64,000 nt of DNA from Felis catus (lineage: Eukaryota): assembly GCF_018350175.1 (NCBI RefSeq), contig NC_058369.1, positions 9,860,001 through 9,924,000 on the forward strand. Direction: 5' to 3'. Shown here piece by piece: positions 62,201 to 64,000 of the stretch. The notes under the pieces are model-generated. The model was given only the letters and a program-made list of their open reading frames with translations, had not been told where the DNA came from and ran no database searches. The stretch's first letter is position 1. Every line of letters begins with the position of its first letter. The translations under genes were made by a program, and so were the position numbers.

Positions 62201-62291
62201 TTCCTCCTCCTTGGCAACTCCAAAAGACGTATGGATATCGGGGAATGTCTGCGGGACAGCGGGCACACAGGAAGCCCTGCTTCTGTGGAAG
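55952..62291 (+). CDS. IL27RA: Interleukin-27 receptor subunit alpha (WSX-1), 3'-partial (exons 1-6)
   Basis: Exons 55952-56045, 56472-56589, 59984-60141, 60239-60396, 61958-62117 and 62218/62227-62291. Peptides PLQCYGVGPLGDLNCSW, SWVTIPREQLTMSD, PDVDFSEDDPLEATVHWAPP, VEIQDLELATGYRVYGRCRME, DVWISGNVCG. The exon 6 acceptor is non-canonical (see findings). Confidence 0.92.
57150..58325 (-). mobile_element. Three antisense CAN-SINEs (57150-57370, 57815-58010, 58140-58325) nested in an antisense L1 3' fragment (about 57510-58560)
   Basis: SINE bodies plus L1 motifs ggttcatccacgttgtagcatg and ccattcctttttatggctgaataatattcc. Confidence 0.85.
58650..59415 (+). mobile_element. Degenerate L2 LINE
   Basis: tccagtatccagaatctggcactttctcc...ccttgctgttcctcaaacac...agtaggtgctcaataaatg. 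Confidence 0.5.
59470..59669 (-). mobile_element. CAN-SINE
   Basis: ttatttatttggagaaagag...gagccacccaggtgcccc. Confidence 0.85.
59810..59915. mobile_element. MIR fragment
   Basis: tagatgaggaaactgaggcacagagaagtgaagtcatttgctcaaggtcacacagc..gggatttgaacccagg. Confidence 0.75.
60805..60997 (-). mobile_element. CAN-SINE
   Basis: Full body; duplication tagatgcctttt on both sides. Confidence 0.87.
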
Positions 62292-62789
62292 GTGAGCTGT
62301 GGGGCTCCGTCCCATTTCCCTGCGCATGTCAGGAAGCCCCAAATAACAACCACGTGGACAAGACAGAGGTGACGATGCTGATGCTGCCTACTTGAGGTGA
62401 CCTCAAGGCTTTGCGGGGGTGTGGGGGAGGGATGCTCAGAGAGGTCCTGGCTTAGGGCAAGCCTCCCCCAACGTCAGCTACTTCTAGGAGGTCTGAGCTG
62501 AGACATGAAGGTGGGTGCAGGCCGGGGGGGTGGGGGGGACAGCAGGTGCAAAGGTTTGAAAGCAAGAGTAGGCTCAGCTCCATAAAATACAGCACAGTGC
62601 GCCAGGGCTCCGGTGCTAGTATGGAAGTGGCGTTAGGAGAGGACAGAAACCCATCCCCACTGCTCCCAATCTGTTGAGCACCTACGATGTTCCAGGCGTC
62701 GCTAGGCCCTGGCTCACAGTAAATATGGCAGAGGAACAAAACAGCAGGGCCCATAACCCTCTTAGGCCACATGGTCTAATATTAATTTT

Positions 62790-63051
62790 TTTTTAATTTT
62801 TTTTTTTTTTTTGAGAGAGACAGCACGATCCGAATAGGGGCAGAGAGAGAGAGAGAGAGAGGGAGAGAGACAGAGGATCCAAAGAGTGCTCCACGCTGAC
62901 AGCAGCAAGCATGATGCGGGGCTTAAACTCACAAATGTAAGATCATGACCTGAGGCAAAATTAGATGCTTAATTGACTGAGCCACCCAGGTGTCCCTAAT
63001 ATTAATTTTAATACATTATTTTATTTTACATTAAATTTTAAAATGTTTATT

Positions 63052-63104
<53 letters not shown>

Positions 63105-63505
63105 GCATGAGCAGGAGAGGGGAAGAAAGAGAGGGAGACACAGAATCTGAAGTAGGTTCCAGGCTCTGAGCTGTCAGCACAGAATGCGACGTGGGGCTTA
63201 AAGTCACAAACCGTGAGATCATGACCTGAGCTGAAGTCAGAAGCTTAACCACCTGAGCCACCCAGGCACCCCTATAGTCATGTTTTTAAAAAATATGATA
63301 AAGACTTCTGATTGTAACATTCAGTAGAAAGTGAAGGGGAGGGGCCCCTGTGTGGCTCAGTTGGTTAAACGTCTGGCTTCAGCTCAGGTCATGATCTCAT
63401 GGTTCATGAGTTTGAGCCCTCATTGGGCTCTCTGCTGTCAGTGCAGAGCCCGCTTTGGATCCTCTGTCTCCTTCTCTCTCCCTCTCTCTCTCAAAAATAA
63501 ATAAA
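62790..63505. mobile_element. Three CAN-SINEs (- 62790-62996, - 63040-63272, + 63341-63505)
   Basis: Recognisable heads, (GA)n/(CT)n tracts and tails. Confidence 0.85.
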
Positions 63506-63509
63506 CATA

Positions 63510-63593
63510 AGAAAGAGAAAGAAGAAACAAAGAAAGGAAGGAAGGAAGGAAGAAAGAAAGAAGAAAAAGGGAGAGAGGGAGGGAAAGAAAGAA

Positions 63594-63641
<48 letters not shown>

Positions 63642-63750
63642 AAAAGAAAGAAAAGAAAAGAAAGAAAGGGAGAGAGAGAGGGAGGGAGGGAAAGAAAAAG
63701 AAAGAAAGGGAAGGGAAGGGAGGGGGAGGAAGGGAAGGAAGAAGAAAATG
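63510..63750. repeat. (GAAA)n/(GGAA)n purine microsatellite
   Basis: About 240-nt pure purine tract extending from the SINE tail. Confidence 0.9.
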
Positions 63751-63759
63751 AAGGGGAAA

Positions 63760-64000
63760 TAAAGTAGCTACATGACGGCAACAATTCAGTTCACCAATAT
63801 GATATGAGTACTAAAACTATATGTACCTAATAATATGGCTTTAAAATACATATAGCAAAAATTGACAGAACTACAAGGAGAAATATATGAATCCACAACC
63901 ATTGTGGGAGAGTTTAACACACTCCTATCAGTAATTTCATCATAGATGAAAAACAAGTCAAGATCTAGAATATCTGAGCATGTGATTAGCAAACAACCTA
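63760..64000 (+). mobile_element. L1 ORF2 (endonuclease region) fragment
   Basis: tatatgtacctaataat..gcaaaaattgacagaactacaaggagaaat..attgtgggagagtttaacacac. Confidence 0.7.

Noticed and set aside
9465..63505. SINE heads as tRNA genes, or recurring SINEs as a CRISPR-like array
   Set aside because: These are tRNA-derived CAN-SINEs with CT tracts, A tails and target-site duplications; spacing is irregular and the context is mammalian.
1..64000. Most of the long ORFs in the six-frame track as independent genes
   Set aside because: They are antisense or off-frame shadows of GC-rich exons and CpG islands (for example 10545-11720 +, 20124-21164 -, 55652-56590 +) or SINE translations, with no recognisable domains or splice support.

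Overview
Mammalian genomic DNA, very likely a felid: it carries dozens of carnivore CAN-SINEs of the SINEC_Fc type. The window holds the conserved gene block DCAF15 (+, exons 2-13, 5' end outside the window), RFX1 (-, complete, 20 canonical coding exons giving 975 aa, plus a non-coding exon 1 at about 38.0-38.3 kb), RLN3 (+, complete, 134 aa) and IL27RA (+, exons 1-6, 3' end outside the window). A SINE/L1-rich intergenic stretch lies at about 40-52 kb. I read exon boundaries by hand from GT-AG sites and frame continuity; comparisons with human proteins are from memory. Most notable observations: (1) an in-frame 384-nt CpG-rich candidate cassette exon in RFX1 that is absent from the canonical protein; (2) a near-perfect RFX X-box centred on the RFX1 start codon; (3) IL27RA has a degenerate WSXWS box (WGHQS) and an AG>AA acceptor change at exon 6, with an in-frame rescue AG 9 nt downstream; (4) the RLN3 exon 2 acceptor has moved into former coding sequence; (5) a candidate divergent spliced transcript from the RFX1 promoter, followed by a 290-bp palindrome. 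I found no CRISPR array, rRNA or true tRNA, and no wholly new multi-gene system.
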